From NCBI GenBank assembly GCA_965205265.1, contig CBDBGH010000003.1, forward strand, positions 2,528,001-2,592,000: a stretch of 64,000 nt of DNA, written 5' to 3'. The position numbers were made by a program, and so were the translations under genes. Positions 19,079 through 28,091 of the stretch are shown here, piece after piece (the first letter of the stretch is position 1; each line of letters begins with the position of its first letter). The notes below the pieces were generated by a model, which was not told where the DNA came from, searched no databases, and saw only the letters and a list, made by a program, of their open reading frames with translations. This DNA comes from Alphaproteobacteria bacterium. Its GTDB lineage: Bacteria; Pseudomonadota; Alphaproteobacteria; Bin95.

Positions 19079-20238
19079 CCGGCAGGACGAGGAAAGTCCG
19101 TCTCACGAATGCCAGCGTCGCGAGACTGAAGCCGGGCGGCACCGAGTACATCGTGCGCGACATTCGTGTTGCCGGTCTGGGCGTGCGGGTTCGTCCGTCC
19201 GGGCATCGCAGTTTCGTGTGGCACGGGACCGTGAAGGGCGGGATTGTGCGCACGACCATCGGTTCGGCCACGCTGATGACGGTGGAGGAAGCCCGGAGCG
19301 CATGCCGGGCCTTTCTCGACGGCTCGCATCCCCTGTGTGCTGGAGACCTTGCCGATCAGGCTGCCGTTCCGTATTTCCGCGATTTCGTCATGGAAGACTG
19401 GCTCCCGGCATACCGGGGTCGATACAGCCCAGGCTGGGGAAAGCGCGTGGACCGCATGGTGAAACGACAACTTCTCCCTGCCTTCGGCGCGCTGCGTCTC
19501 GACCGCATCGGCAGACCCCATGTCGAGCGCTGGTTCGACGCCATGAGTCGCAAGACACCGGGCGCGGCCAACACGACACTCGCCGTGCTACGCCAGATCG
19601 TGGGCGCCGCGAAAGCCGCCGGCCATATCGGGACCGATCCGGTTGCGGGCGTCAGGCCGAACCCGGGCAGGAAGATGACCCGGTTCCTGTCCGCCGAGGA
19701 GATCGCCCGGCTTCACCGGACCCTGGACCGGCTTGTGGAGGAACGGCCCTCGCGCCGGCCGCAGGCCGACGTCATCTGCCTGCTGTTACTGACCGGTTGC
19801 CGGAAGAGCGAAATCCTGACGCTCAGATGGTCGGAGGTCGATGGCGACGTGCTCAGATTGGTGGAAGCCAAGACGGGGCCGCGCACGGTCTGGCTGAGCG
19901 AGGCGGCGCAGGCCGTTATCGCCCGACAGCCCCGCACGCACAGCGCCTTCGTCTTTCCCTCGCCCAAGGACCCGGCAAGGCCGCAGTCCCGCAATCTCGG
20001 TCTCTGGCGCCGGGCGCGGCGGGAAGCCGGGATCGAGGATGTGCGCCTGCATGACCTGCGCCATACGGTAGCGAGCCAGGCCGTGGCCCGGGGCGTCCCG
20101 CTGTCGACCGTCGCCCGAATGCTCGGTCATACGCAGCCGGTCATGACACTCAGATACGCCCATGTCGGGGACCACGAAGTCGAGGACGCGGCGGAGCGTG
20201 TAGGGTCAATCATCGCGGCCGCCATGACAAGCGCCTGA
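19075..20238 (+). CDS. Tyrosine integrase with arm-DNA-binding domain (second of a tandem pair)
   Basis: RDIRVAGLGVRV; TGCRKSE, LHDLRH, LGH, RYAH; ATGA overlap with integrase 1. Confidence 0.93.
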   Translation: MTGRTRKVRLTNASVARLKPGGTEYIVRDIRVAGLGVRVRPSGHRSFVWHGTVKGGIVRTTIGSATLMTVEEARSACRAFLDGSHPLCAGDLADQAAVPYFRDFVMEDWLPAYRGRYSPGWGKRVDRMVKRQLLPAFGALRLDRIGRPHVERWFDAMSRKTPGAANTTLAVLRQIVGAAKAAGHIGTDPVAGVRPNPGRKMTRFLSAEEIARLHRTLDRLVEERPSRRPQADVICLLLLTGCRKSEILTLRWSEVDGDVLRLVEAKTGPRTVWLSEAAQAVIARQPRTHSAFVFPSPKDPARPQSRNLGLWRRARREAGIEDVRLHDLRHTVASQAVARGVPLSTVARMLGHTQPVMTLRYAHVGDHEVEDAAERVGSIIAAAMTSA

Positions 20239-20507
20239 ATGGCAACCGGGACATTGAGAGCTTGCCGGACAATGTCCGCGTTGTCTTCGGATTCAGGTGC
20301 GAAGAGCGATGATCGCAGCCCATCTTGCCTGCATTTCCGCATTCGACACAACGCCGGTCGTCACGCTTGAAGATACTCGACAGGTCGCTGCCCGGTATCG
20401 AGCATCAAGGCAGACACGATGGCGATTCATGCTATAGTTTCCATCCTGCTAAAGGCCCGATCTGGGCGAGACATGTAGGACGCGGCTTTTGGGATCAGGT
20501 CATCATC

Positions 20508-21080
20508 ATGTTTGACTGGCAAATTGTAGCGACGATAGCGGCTCCGATAATCGCTCTCTTTGTGGGCATTTGGGTTAGTCGCCGGTTTGAGAGCCGCCCG
20601 ATAGTGCTCTCCCACTGGGGGCATGTCTCTTCCTTCAATCACGAGAGTATTGATGGCACCATAACTACAATAAACACCCACTCTGTTGTTCTCAGGAATG
20701 TCGGACGCCGTGCAGCGACCAACGTACGAATGAGTCATTTTCGTCTGCCATCATTCAATATATGGCCTCCCGTCCAATATACAGTGGAGCAAGTGCCTAA
20801 TGCAGGAGAGGAAATTGTTATCCCTATCATGGTTCCAGATCAGCATTTGACTGTTTCATATCTTTACTTTCCTCCAATTACTTACGCTGAAGTTAACAAT
20901 GGTGTAAAATTCAATGAAGGATTTGCTACCCCTATACCAGTTCTACTGCAACGACAATATTCGCCTTGGTTTACAAAAATTGTTGGCGCAATTTTAATTT
21001 TAGGGATCGCCACTCTGTTGTTCGGTGTATTTGAAATTGGAATATTTGTCGCCGAATTAATTTACCAAGAGCCTGATTAA
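20508..21080 (+). CDS. Hypothetical membrane protein (low GC)
   Basis: N- and C-terminal TM helices around a beta-rich middle; markedly AT-rich codons. Confidence 0.75.
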   Translation: MFDWQIVATIAAPIIALFVGIWVSRRFESRPIVLSHWGHVSSFNHESIDGTITTINTHSVVLRNVGRRAATNVRMSHFRLPSFNIWPPVQYTVEQVPNAGEEIVIPIMVPDQHLTVSYLYFPPITYAEVNNGVKFNEGFATPIPVLLQRQYSPWFTKIVGAILILGIATLLFGVFEIGIFVAELIYQEPD

Positions 21081-21169
21081 TTTACTTGTCCTACCGGGTC
21101 TATATCATCTGCCCGAATGACCGAGCCATTATGGTAGCCTGCGAAACCTCACTCCCGGAGCACAACAGG

Positions 21170-21610
21170 ATGGCGGAACCTCAACCGACCGTTCAGGATA
21201 TTGAAGATCTGGTCGCCTTTCTACCCAAGCTCTACGGGCACGGCGCGCAGCCTGCCGGGAAGCTGATTACGGGCGAGGAGACAGCGGACGGGACGCCGAC
21301 CCTGCCTCGGTATGAATATGGCGAAGCGGTCGAAAGCTTCTTCAACACGATTGTGAGGCAGGGCTGTTGGCTGGACCACGACTATGACCCGGAAGAGGCC
21401 GAAAGACTGCTCATGGACGAAGCGGCCGTCGCGTGTGCGACGGTTCCAGAGATTCGCCGCTTGCTGACCCTGGTTGTCCGGGGTGAGCGCTTTTGTGACG
21501 GCTGGTGGTCTTCGATGATCGAAGAAGGCCATGTCCGCCGATTGCTTGAGCGCCTCACCGAGATCAACCATGCCGAACAGGCGGCAATCCGCTCGGGAAA
21601 CGCGGTATGA
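21170..21610 (+). CDS. DUF6508-like protein
   Basis: LLTLVVRGERFCDG...GHVRRLLERL signature. Confidence 0.72.
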   Translation: MAEPQPTVQDIEDLVAFLPKLYGHGAQPAGKLITGEETADGTPTLPRYEYGEAVESFFNTIVRQGCWLDHDYDPEEAERLLMDEAAVACATVPEIRRLLTLVVRGERFCDGWWSSMIEEGHVRRLLERLTEINHAEQAAIRSGNAV

Positions 21611-21749
21611 CGCCCGACCGCCTCACCGCCCCCGCACCTTGCGGTGCTAACTATCTGATATAGCGTCGTTTTTCTCCCGAAAATTTGCAACTGGGGAACT
21701 GGACTGCAACTCCCGGTTCCCCGGCTGCAACCAGAACCGGGAGAAGGAC

Positions 21750-22183
21750 ATGCCCAGGACTACCCTGACTGCGGCCCGCATCGGGGCGCTCAGGCCCCGC
21801 AAGGCAAGCCGCGACATCCGCGATGCTGAACTGCGGGGTTTTGGCATCCGCGTGTCGCCTTCGGGCCGCAAGCAGTTCTTCGTCCAGTGCCAGCATCGCG
21901 GCGAGCGCGTCTGGAAGATCGTGGGCGACGCTGGGACCATGAACATTTGCGAGGCGCGAGCCCTGGCGATCGAAATGCTTGCCGCCATCCGGCGGGGCGG
22001 GGAGGCTCCGCGCCGTCCCGACGAGACCCTTTTTGAGGCCGTCGCCGCGACCGTGTTCGAGCGCCATGCGCGGCTCTGGAAGTCCGGAACGCTCAAGGTG
22101 AACCGGGGCTATCTTCGCAGCCAGCTCCTGCCGCATTTCGCCGGGCGGCAGATTGCCGACATCGACCGGCAGGAGGTGAGGAA
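21750..22183 (+). pseudogene. N-terminal part of a third integrase (paralog of 17951-19078), cut by the group II intron
   Basis: RDAELRGFGIRVSPSGRK, VWKIVGDA, LFEAVA, YLRSQLLPHF align with integrase 1; similarity stops at GTGCG 22184. Confidence 0.9.
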
Positions 22184-24108
22184 GTGCGCCAGGCTAACTG
22201 GTGCCAGTGTAGCCGGTGAAAGTCCGGCAGGAAGGAGAAGGTGAGCCACCACTTCCACCCCGAGTCATGGGCCGTCGCTCGCGAGGGCGGGGGTCAAGCG
22301 TTGACAGGGGCGCGTGCGGACAGGGCTATCGAGCACCGAAAGATCCTTAGTCCGGGATGCCGAGACCTTTTCCTCGGTCGAAGGCAGCATCCGACCCACC
22401 GTTATGGCGAGGGGGGTCGGAGTCCCGCGGTGTCCAAGAACCCATGCACGTACGTAAGCACTGCACCGGGACCTGGGAGGTCTCCATGCCATCCCGCTGT
22501 CGTGGCAGGATCGCAAAGGAAAGGAGTAGTCCGTAACCGATGATGAACGGCATGGAGAAGTCAGACTCGGCCATAGTAGCCGTGAAGCCGGCGAACAAAG
22601 GGGCGTCAGCCTCGGCGGAGCCGGTGGAGCCAAGGGCCGAGCCCAAGGGGAATCCGGAAGGCCAAAGCACGCGCCGGACGCAGAACCGGGAAAGCGTGTC
22701 ACAGGCGGCCGACCGGATACGGCAGTTTGTACAAAGGGAACGCAAGGTGCGTCTCACGACGCTCCTTCACCATGTCACGGTCGATGCGCTTCGCTGGGCG
22801 TTCTTCGAGCTAAAGAAGAACGCGGCGGCGGGCGCGGATGGCATGACGTGGCGGATGTACGGGAAGGAACTGGAAGGCCGCTTGGCCGACCTGCACGACC
22901 GCGTGCATTCGGGAGCGTACCGGGCGACGCCATCGCGACGGGTGAACATCCCGAAGCCGGATGGCGGTACACGACCGCTCGGCGTCGCGGCCATCGAGGA
23001 CAAGATCGTCCAGAAGGTCGTGGCGGAGATAATCCTGACGCCGATCTACGAGGCGGAGTTCCTGGGGTTCAGCTACGGGTTCCGGCCCGGTCGTGGGGCG
23101 CACAATGCGCTCGATGCGATCGCGGTCGGCATCGACAAGTTCAAGATCAACTGGGTGGTCGATTGCGACATCCGCAAATTCTTCGACACGGTGTCGAGGG
23201 ACTGGCTGGTCCGGTTCCTTGAACACCGCATCGCGGACAAGCGGGTCATCAGGCTGATCATCAAGTGGCTGAACGCCGGCGTCATGGAAGATGGAGAGAG
23301 GCGGGACGACCTGCGGGGGACCCCGCAGGGATCGGTGATTTCGCCGATCCTGGCGAACGTCTACCTGCATTACGTCCTCGATCTCTGGTTCCATAAGAAG
23401 TGGCGCAGCCACGAGGTCTACGGCGACGCGATCATCGTGCGGTACGCCGACGACTTCGTGGTTGGTTTCCAGCACAAGCAGGACGCGGAGCGATTTCTGG
23501 ATGCCCTGAAGGAGCGGTTCGGAAGCTTCGAACTGGAACTGCATCCCGACAAGACCCGGCTCATCGAGTTCGGGCGATTTGCCCCTAGAAACCGTCGGCG
23601 ACGAGGGCAGGGCAAACCGGAGACTTTCGACTTTCTGGGCTTCACGCACTACTGCACGGAGACCAGAGGCGGGCGTTTCCAGTTGGGGCGCAAGCCGGTT
23701 GCGGAGCGGATGGCCCGCACACTGAAGCGGATAAAGGAAGCGCTATGCAGCCGAATGCATGACAACGCCGCAGGCGAGGTGGCTGGGCAAGGTGCTTGAC
23801 GGATGGCTGAACTACTTTGCCGTCCCGATGAGCCACCGATACCTGAGCCGCTTCGCCTCGCGCCTGAAGCGGATGTGGATCGCGATCACGCGCCGCAGAT
23901 CGCAACGGGACCGCTTCGGCTGGGCACAGGTCGACAAGTTGACGACCAAGTACTGGCCCAAGGTGGAAATCCGGCACCCGTGGCCGAACCGACGACTTGC
24001 CGTCAGCGTGTATGGGAACAGCGCAACCCGAGGGAGGAGCCGGATGCCTTAGCGGGCACGTCCGGATCTGTGCGGGGGGCGCCGGGCAACCGGCGTCCCT
24101 ACCGCGAT
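22184..24108 (+). mobile_element. Group II intron (IIB-like, no endonuclease domain)
   Basis: 5' GTGCG; EBS1-like loop TTCCTC (22370-22375) complementary to exon end GAGGAA (22178-22183); domain V gagccggatgcc...gcacgtccggatc; domain VI hairpin; 3' end ...cgcgAT. Confidence 0.93.
22540..24052 (+). pseudogene. ltrA: Group II intron reverse transcriptase/maturase, frameshifted near 23760-23780
   Basis: PKPDGGTRPLG, SYGFRPG, DIRKFFD, GTPQG, RYADD in 22540-23799; domain X (WLGKVLDGWLNYFAVP, RRSQR) continues in another frame to 24052. Confidence 0.9.
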
Positions 24109-24161
24109 GCGGTTTCCCCGCGCCGATGCCGGACCGGGCAACGGCACGAGGAGTTCCGCCC

Positions 24162-24413
24162 ATGTTTCGTCCCGATACATCCCTCGACCTTCCGACCGGC
24201 TGCGACCTTCTCGCCGAGCTCGGGGTCGATCGCCGCACCGTCCGCGAAGTCGCCGAGCACGAGCGCGCCATCCGCTGTCCCGACCGGGGCGCGGTTTATC
24301 CGGAACACGGCTTCGCGAGCCTTTACCCCGAACCGGCGTTCGGGATGGCCCTCCAGGACGCGGCGCCAGCGGAGCCCTGGGACCCGGCGTCGTCGCTCTT
24401 CCCGGTCGATTAG
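24162..24413 (+). CDS. Small hypothetical protein
   Basis: GAGGAG RBS before ATG 24162; GC3-rich codons. Confidence 0.6.
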   Translation: MFRPDTSLDLPTGCDLLAELGVDRRTVREVAEHERAIRCPDRGAVYPEHGFASLYPEPAFGMALQDAAPAEPWDPASSLFPVD

Positions 24414-24523
24414 AGGTGGAGGGGGGCTTGAAGAGATTGAACGGTCGGGGGTTCGGGGGAGTGAACCCGGCCTCCGGTCGTTCGGAACCCATCGTCATCA
24501 ACCAGGAATCACAGGAGACCGTC

Positions 24524-24973
24524 ATGGCCTTCGGAAAGAACTACGCGGAGATCGTCGGCCGCCTCGGCGCCGACGTCACCATCAACCACCTCGCCTCGGG
24601 CGGGCGCGTCGCCAACCTCTCGATCGCGACCGACGAGGGGTATCTCGATCGCAACTCGGGCCAGAAGGTCGACAAGACCGAGTGGCACCGGGTCGTGACC
24701 TTCCAGGACGGGCTGATCGACATGCTCGAGAAGCACGCCACGAAGGGCCGCCTGATCGCCGTCGAGGGCAAGATGCAGACCCGGCGCTGGCGCAAGGCGG
24801 GCGAGGACTCCGACCGCTTCTCGACCGAGATCCTCGTCGTGCCGGGCCACCGGGTGCAGTTCTACGACAAGCCCAACGGCAACGGCGCCCCGCCCGCGGA
24901 CGCCCAGGCGCCGATGGACGAGACCGCCGCCCCGGCGAACGGCACCGGCGACATCGAGGACCCGCCGTTCTAG
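24524..24973 (+). CDS. ssb: Single-stranded DNA-binding protein
   Basis: IVGRLGAD, TEWHRVV, VEGKMQTRRW, acidic C-terminal IEDPPF; AGGAG RBS. Confidence 0.95.
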   Translation: MAFGKNYAEIVGRLGADVTINHLASGGRVANLSIATDEGYLDRNSGQKVDKTEWHRVVTFQDGLIDMLEKHATKGRLIAVEGKMQTRRWRKAGEDSDRFSTEILVVPGHRVQFYDKPNGNGAPPADAQAPMDETAAPANGTGDIEDPPF

Positions 24974-25005
24974 GCCGCCTCTCGTCGCTTCCTCCCTCCT
25001 GCCTC

Positions 25006-25041
25006 GGGAGCCGGCACGTCGTGCCGGCTCCCTTTCTTTTT
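25006..25041 (+). terminator. Intrinsic terminator after ssb
   Basis: GGGAGCCGGCAC-GTC-GTGCCGGCTCCC stem followed by TTTCTTTTT. Confidence 0.85.
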
Positions 25042-25148
25042 GCAGCGGGCCTGGAGTCCGTCTTCTTCATCCCGGCGCCACGATGTTCCGGCGCCGGAGT
25101 CCGGGAGAAGCGCGGGAAGGGGCGTTCGCCTTTGCGAGGAGAGAGAGC

Positions 25149-25718
25149 ATGCTCCGCGACACCGAGAGCGTCTTCGCCCACGGGGCGGTCATCGTTCCCG
25201 ATTTCGTCACCCCGGCCGAGGAGGAGCGCATCCTGCTCCGCATCGCCCAGGCCCCCTGGATGACCGAGCTGCGCCGCCGGGTGCAGCACTACGGTTACCG
25301 CTACAGCTACACCGGCACGAGCCGCCCCGTCCCGGCTGCGCCGTTCCCGCGCTGGGCCGAGGTCATGGCGGATCGGCTGCTGCCGCACTTCGGCGGGGCG
25401 CTGCCGGTGCAGTGCATCGTCAACGAGTACCGGCCCGGCCAGGGCATCGGCATGCACGCCGACCACCGGGACTTCGGGCCGGTCGTGGCGTCCCTGTCGC
25501 TCGCCGCCGACTGGCCGATGCGCTTCCGCCCGCGCTCGATCCGCCCCTACGCCCGCGACGGGCTGCCGGGCGACGAGGTCGTCGTGCTCCCCCGCCGCTC
25601 GGTGCTCGTCCTCGCGGGCCGCGCGCGCTCGGCGTTCATGCACGGCATCGACCGCGCCGACACCGCCGGCGAGGCCGCGACGCGCCTCTCCGCCACCTTC
25701 CGCACCCTCGCGCAGTAG
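25149..25718 (+). CDS. AlkB-family 2OG-Fe(II) dioxygenase
   Basis: RRVQHYGYRY, VNEYRPGQGIGMHAD, HGI, RLSATFR. Confidence 0.9.
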   Translation: MLRDTESVFAHGAVIVPDFVTPAEEERILLRIAQAPWMTELRRRVQHYGYRYSYTGTSRPVPAAPFPRWAEVMADRLLPHFGGALPVQCIVNEYRPGQGIGMHADHRDFGPVVASLSLAADWPMRFRPRSIRPYARDGLPGDEVVVLPRRSVLVLAGRARSAFMHGIDRADTAGEAATRLSATFRTLAQ

Positions 25719-25847
25719 CGCTCCGGCGGCCTGCCGCCGGCCCGGCCTCGCGCCCGCGCTTCGCGCTGGCCGCGCGTCCTCCGGCGCCGGCCGGAGGCGG
25801 AGGTCGGCCGGTATCGGGCGTTCCGCATGGCTCGAAGGAGGTCCCAC

Positions 25848-26990
25848 ATGCAGCACGATCCGTCCCCCGCCGCCGCCATTGCCGCCGCGCTTGCCGCGCG
25901 CGCCGAGGAGGTGTGCCGGCGCTATCTCCCCAACGGCCGCCGGCTCGGCCGCTACTGGATCTGCGGCGACCTCGACGGCGCTCGCGGCCGCTCGCTCTTC
26001 GTCCGCCTCTCCGGCTCCGGCAAGCCGGGGAAGTGGACCGACGCCGCCACCGGCGAGCACGGCGACCTGCTCGACCTCATCCGCCATCGCACCAACGCGC
26101 CGACGCTGCGCGCGGCGCTCGACGAGGCGCGGCGCTTCCTCGCCTTGCCGCCTGGCCCCCCGGATCGGGGTCCAGGGCAGGCGGCCCGCGATCCGGGGGG
26201 TTCGGACGCGCCTTACGACGCGACCGAGGCGGCGCGCCGCCTGTGGCGGCGCTGCAGCGCGGTCGATGGCAGCCACGCCGAGCGCTATCTCCAGGCGCGG
26301 GGCCTGTCGCGCTGCCGCTTCGTGGCGCTGCGCTTCCATCCCGAGCTTCGCTACCGCGAAGGCTCTCAGGTGCGCCGCTTCCCGGCGCTGGTCGCCGCCG
26401 TCACCGCCGGCGACGGCGCGATTACCGGCGTCCAGCGCACCTGGCTCGATCCACGCCGGCCCGCCAAGGCGGGCGTCGCGGCGCCGCGCAAGGCGCTCGG
26501 CCGCGTCTACGGCCTCGCGGTGCGCTTCGGCGTGCCCGCCGACGATGCTGCGCTCGTCGTCGGGGAGGGCATCGAGACGGTGCTCTCGCTGGTCACCGCC
26601 GTGCCGGAGATCACGGCGGCCGCCGCGCTCTCCGCCGGCAGCCTCGGCGCCTTCGCGCCGCCGCCCGGCGTCGCGCGGCTGGTGATCGCGCGGGACAACG
26701 ACGAGGACGGCGCGCTCGCCGCCGAGCGCCTCGCCCGGCGCTGCGGGCGGGCGGGCGTCGCCGCCACGGTGATCGTGCCTGCCGGCAACGACTTCAACGA
26801 CGACCTGGTCGATTTCGGCGCAGCGGCGCTGCGCGCCCGCTTCGCGCCGCTGTTCCGTTCCGCGGGCTGCCCTCCCGGCCCGCCGGCCGGGCCCGGCCGC
26901 CTCCGCTGCGCGGGAGGAAGAGAGGAGCGGAGGGTCGGGCAAGCCGACCGGGAGAGAGGAGAGAGCACATGGACGCCGTCGTCAATCTGA
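25848..26990 (+). CDS. Toprim-domain protein of conjugative elements
   Basis: GKWTDAATGEHGDLLDLI, GVQRTWL, GEGIETVLS, ARDND, DFNDDL. Confidence 0.88.
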   Translation: MQHDPSPAAAIAAALAARAEEVCRRYLPNGRRLGRYWICGDLDGARGRSLFVRLSGSGKPGKWTDAATGEHGDLLDLIRHRTNAPTLRAALDEARRFLALPPGPPDRGPGQAARDPGGSDAPYDATEAARRLWRRCSAVDGSHAERYLQARGLSRCRFVALRFHPELRYREGSQVRRFPALVAAVTAGDGAITGVQRTWLDPRRPAKAGVAAPRKALGRVYGLAVRFGVPADDAALVVGEGIETVLSLVTAVPEITAAAALSAGSLGAFAPPPGVARLVIARDNDEDGALAAERLARRCGRAGVAATVIVPAGNDFNDDLVDFGAAALRARFAPLFRSAGCPPGPPAGPGRLRCAGGREERRVGQADRERGESTWTPSSI

Positions 26991-27325
26991 GGACCGAACC
27001 CGCGCTGCGCGATGAGTTCGAACATGCGCAGGTCGTGGGCAACACCGTGCTGATCGACCGCCGCACCAGGTGGGGCAATCCGTTCAGGATCGGCAAGGGC
27101 CAGGACCGCGAGCAGGCGATCGCGCGCTACCGCGCCGATCTCTGGCGCCGCATCGGCGCGGGCGAGGTCTCGCTGGAAGAACTCGCCGAGCTGGATGGAT
27201 GCTGGCTGGCCTGCTGGTGCGATCCGCTGCCCTGTCACGGCCATGTGCTCGCCCGCGCGGCGGCGTGGGCATCGCAGCAGCTGGCGGAGCGCGACGCGCC
27301 GCAGGCCGACGGGGGCGCATCATGA
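26969..27325 (+). CDS. DUF4326 domain protein
   Basis: IDRRTRWGNPF and LACWCDPLPCHGHVL motifs. Confidence 0.85.
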   Translation: MDAVVNLRTEPALRDEFEHAQVVGNTVLIDRRTRWGNPFRIGKGQDREQAIARYRADLWRRIGAGEVSLEELAELDGCWLACWCDPLPCHGHVLARAAAWASQQLAERDAPQADGGAS

Positions 27326-27549
27326 GCGGCGTCGTCTTCCGCCGCATCGCCCCGGACGAATCCCGCATCGTCCTCGACGGCGACCACGTGGGCGACGTCT
27401 ATCGCCAGGACGATGTGCTCTCGCCAGGATCGCACTTCTACGTCGTGCATCTCGACGAGGACCCGCGTGGACCCTGCCGCGTCCATGATCGCAACCGGAT
27501 CCGCGAGGTGGCCGAGCAACGGGTCCTCTCGCATCCGCTGTGGGGTTGA
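27322..27549 (+). CDS. Small hypothetical protein
   Basis: ATGA overlap with the DUF4326 gene; plausible composition. Confidence 0.6.
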   Translation: MSGVVFRRIAPDESRIVLDGDHVGDVYRQDDVLSPGSHFYVVHLDEDPRGPCRVHDRNRIREVAEQRVLSHPLWG

Positions 27550-27882
27550 ACGGCCATGGCTGTCAATCGGCAACGCATCCGATGCGGCGTGAGGATTTCG
27601 GGCGCGTCGCTTCGCGACCGGGCTATCCGCTCGAATCTCCGGTCGCTGGCGCTCCCTCCGATAACCGCTCCTATCCCTCGCGCCTTCCGCTCGCAAGCTC
27701 GCTCCGCGCTTCGCTTGGCAGGGACGGCTGTCAGGCCGGCGTTTCCTGTCAGACGCCGTGCCGGGCGGAACCGCCCATGAGGTCCGTGCGGGTGGAGAGA
27801 ATTACGCCACCCCGCTGTGCTGTCCAATTGTGTCACACGTGCTCGGGCCAGCAACCCTGAAGGGTCCTCCGCTGCGCTCCGG

Positions 27883-28006
27883 CCTGGCCCAAGAAGCTCT
27901 AGGGCGGACCGTGAAAGTTGCCGACCGTGAAGATCGCGGGGCGATCTTCCGCACCAAGATCGGCAACTTTCCGCACCAGCTCCGCCCAAGAGCTTCTAGG
28001 GCCAGG
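27883..28006. other. 124 nt imperfect hairpin (candidate ssDNA promoter or structured leader)
   Basis: Nested arms CCTGGCCC.AGAAGCTCT, GGGCGGA, GAAAGTTGCCGA and GAAGATCGC, each with a complementary partner. Confidence 0.7.
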
Positions 28007-28091
28007 TGCTTGCCCTGTGCGCGCGTGCCCCAACAGGACATCACAACGGGGATCGGCCCCGGACGTGAAACCGATCAGTAAGGAGATCGAC

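Noticed and set aside
22540-24052. RT as part of a DGR, retron or defence RT system
   Set aside because: GTGCG start, EBS1/IBS1 pairing and domains V/VI identify a group II intron; no TR/VR pair or msr-msd seen
21750-24973. Splicing would join integrase 3 in frame to the ORF 24107-24973 that ends in ssb (an Int-SSB chimera)
   Set aside because: ssb has its own RBS and start at 24524, the linker overlaps a better gene in another frame, and open frames are common at this GC content; probably coincidence
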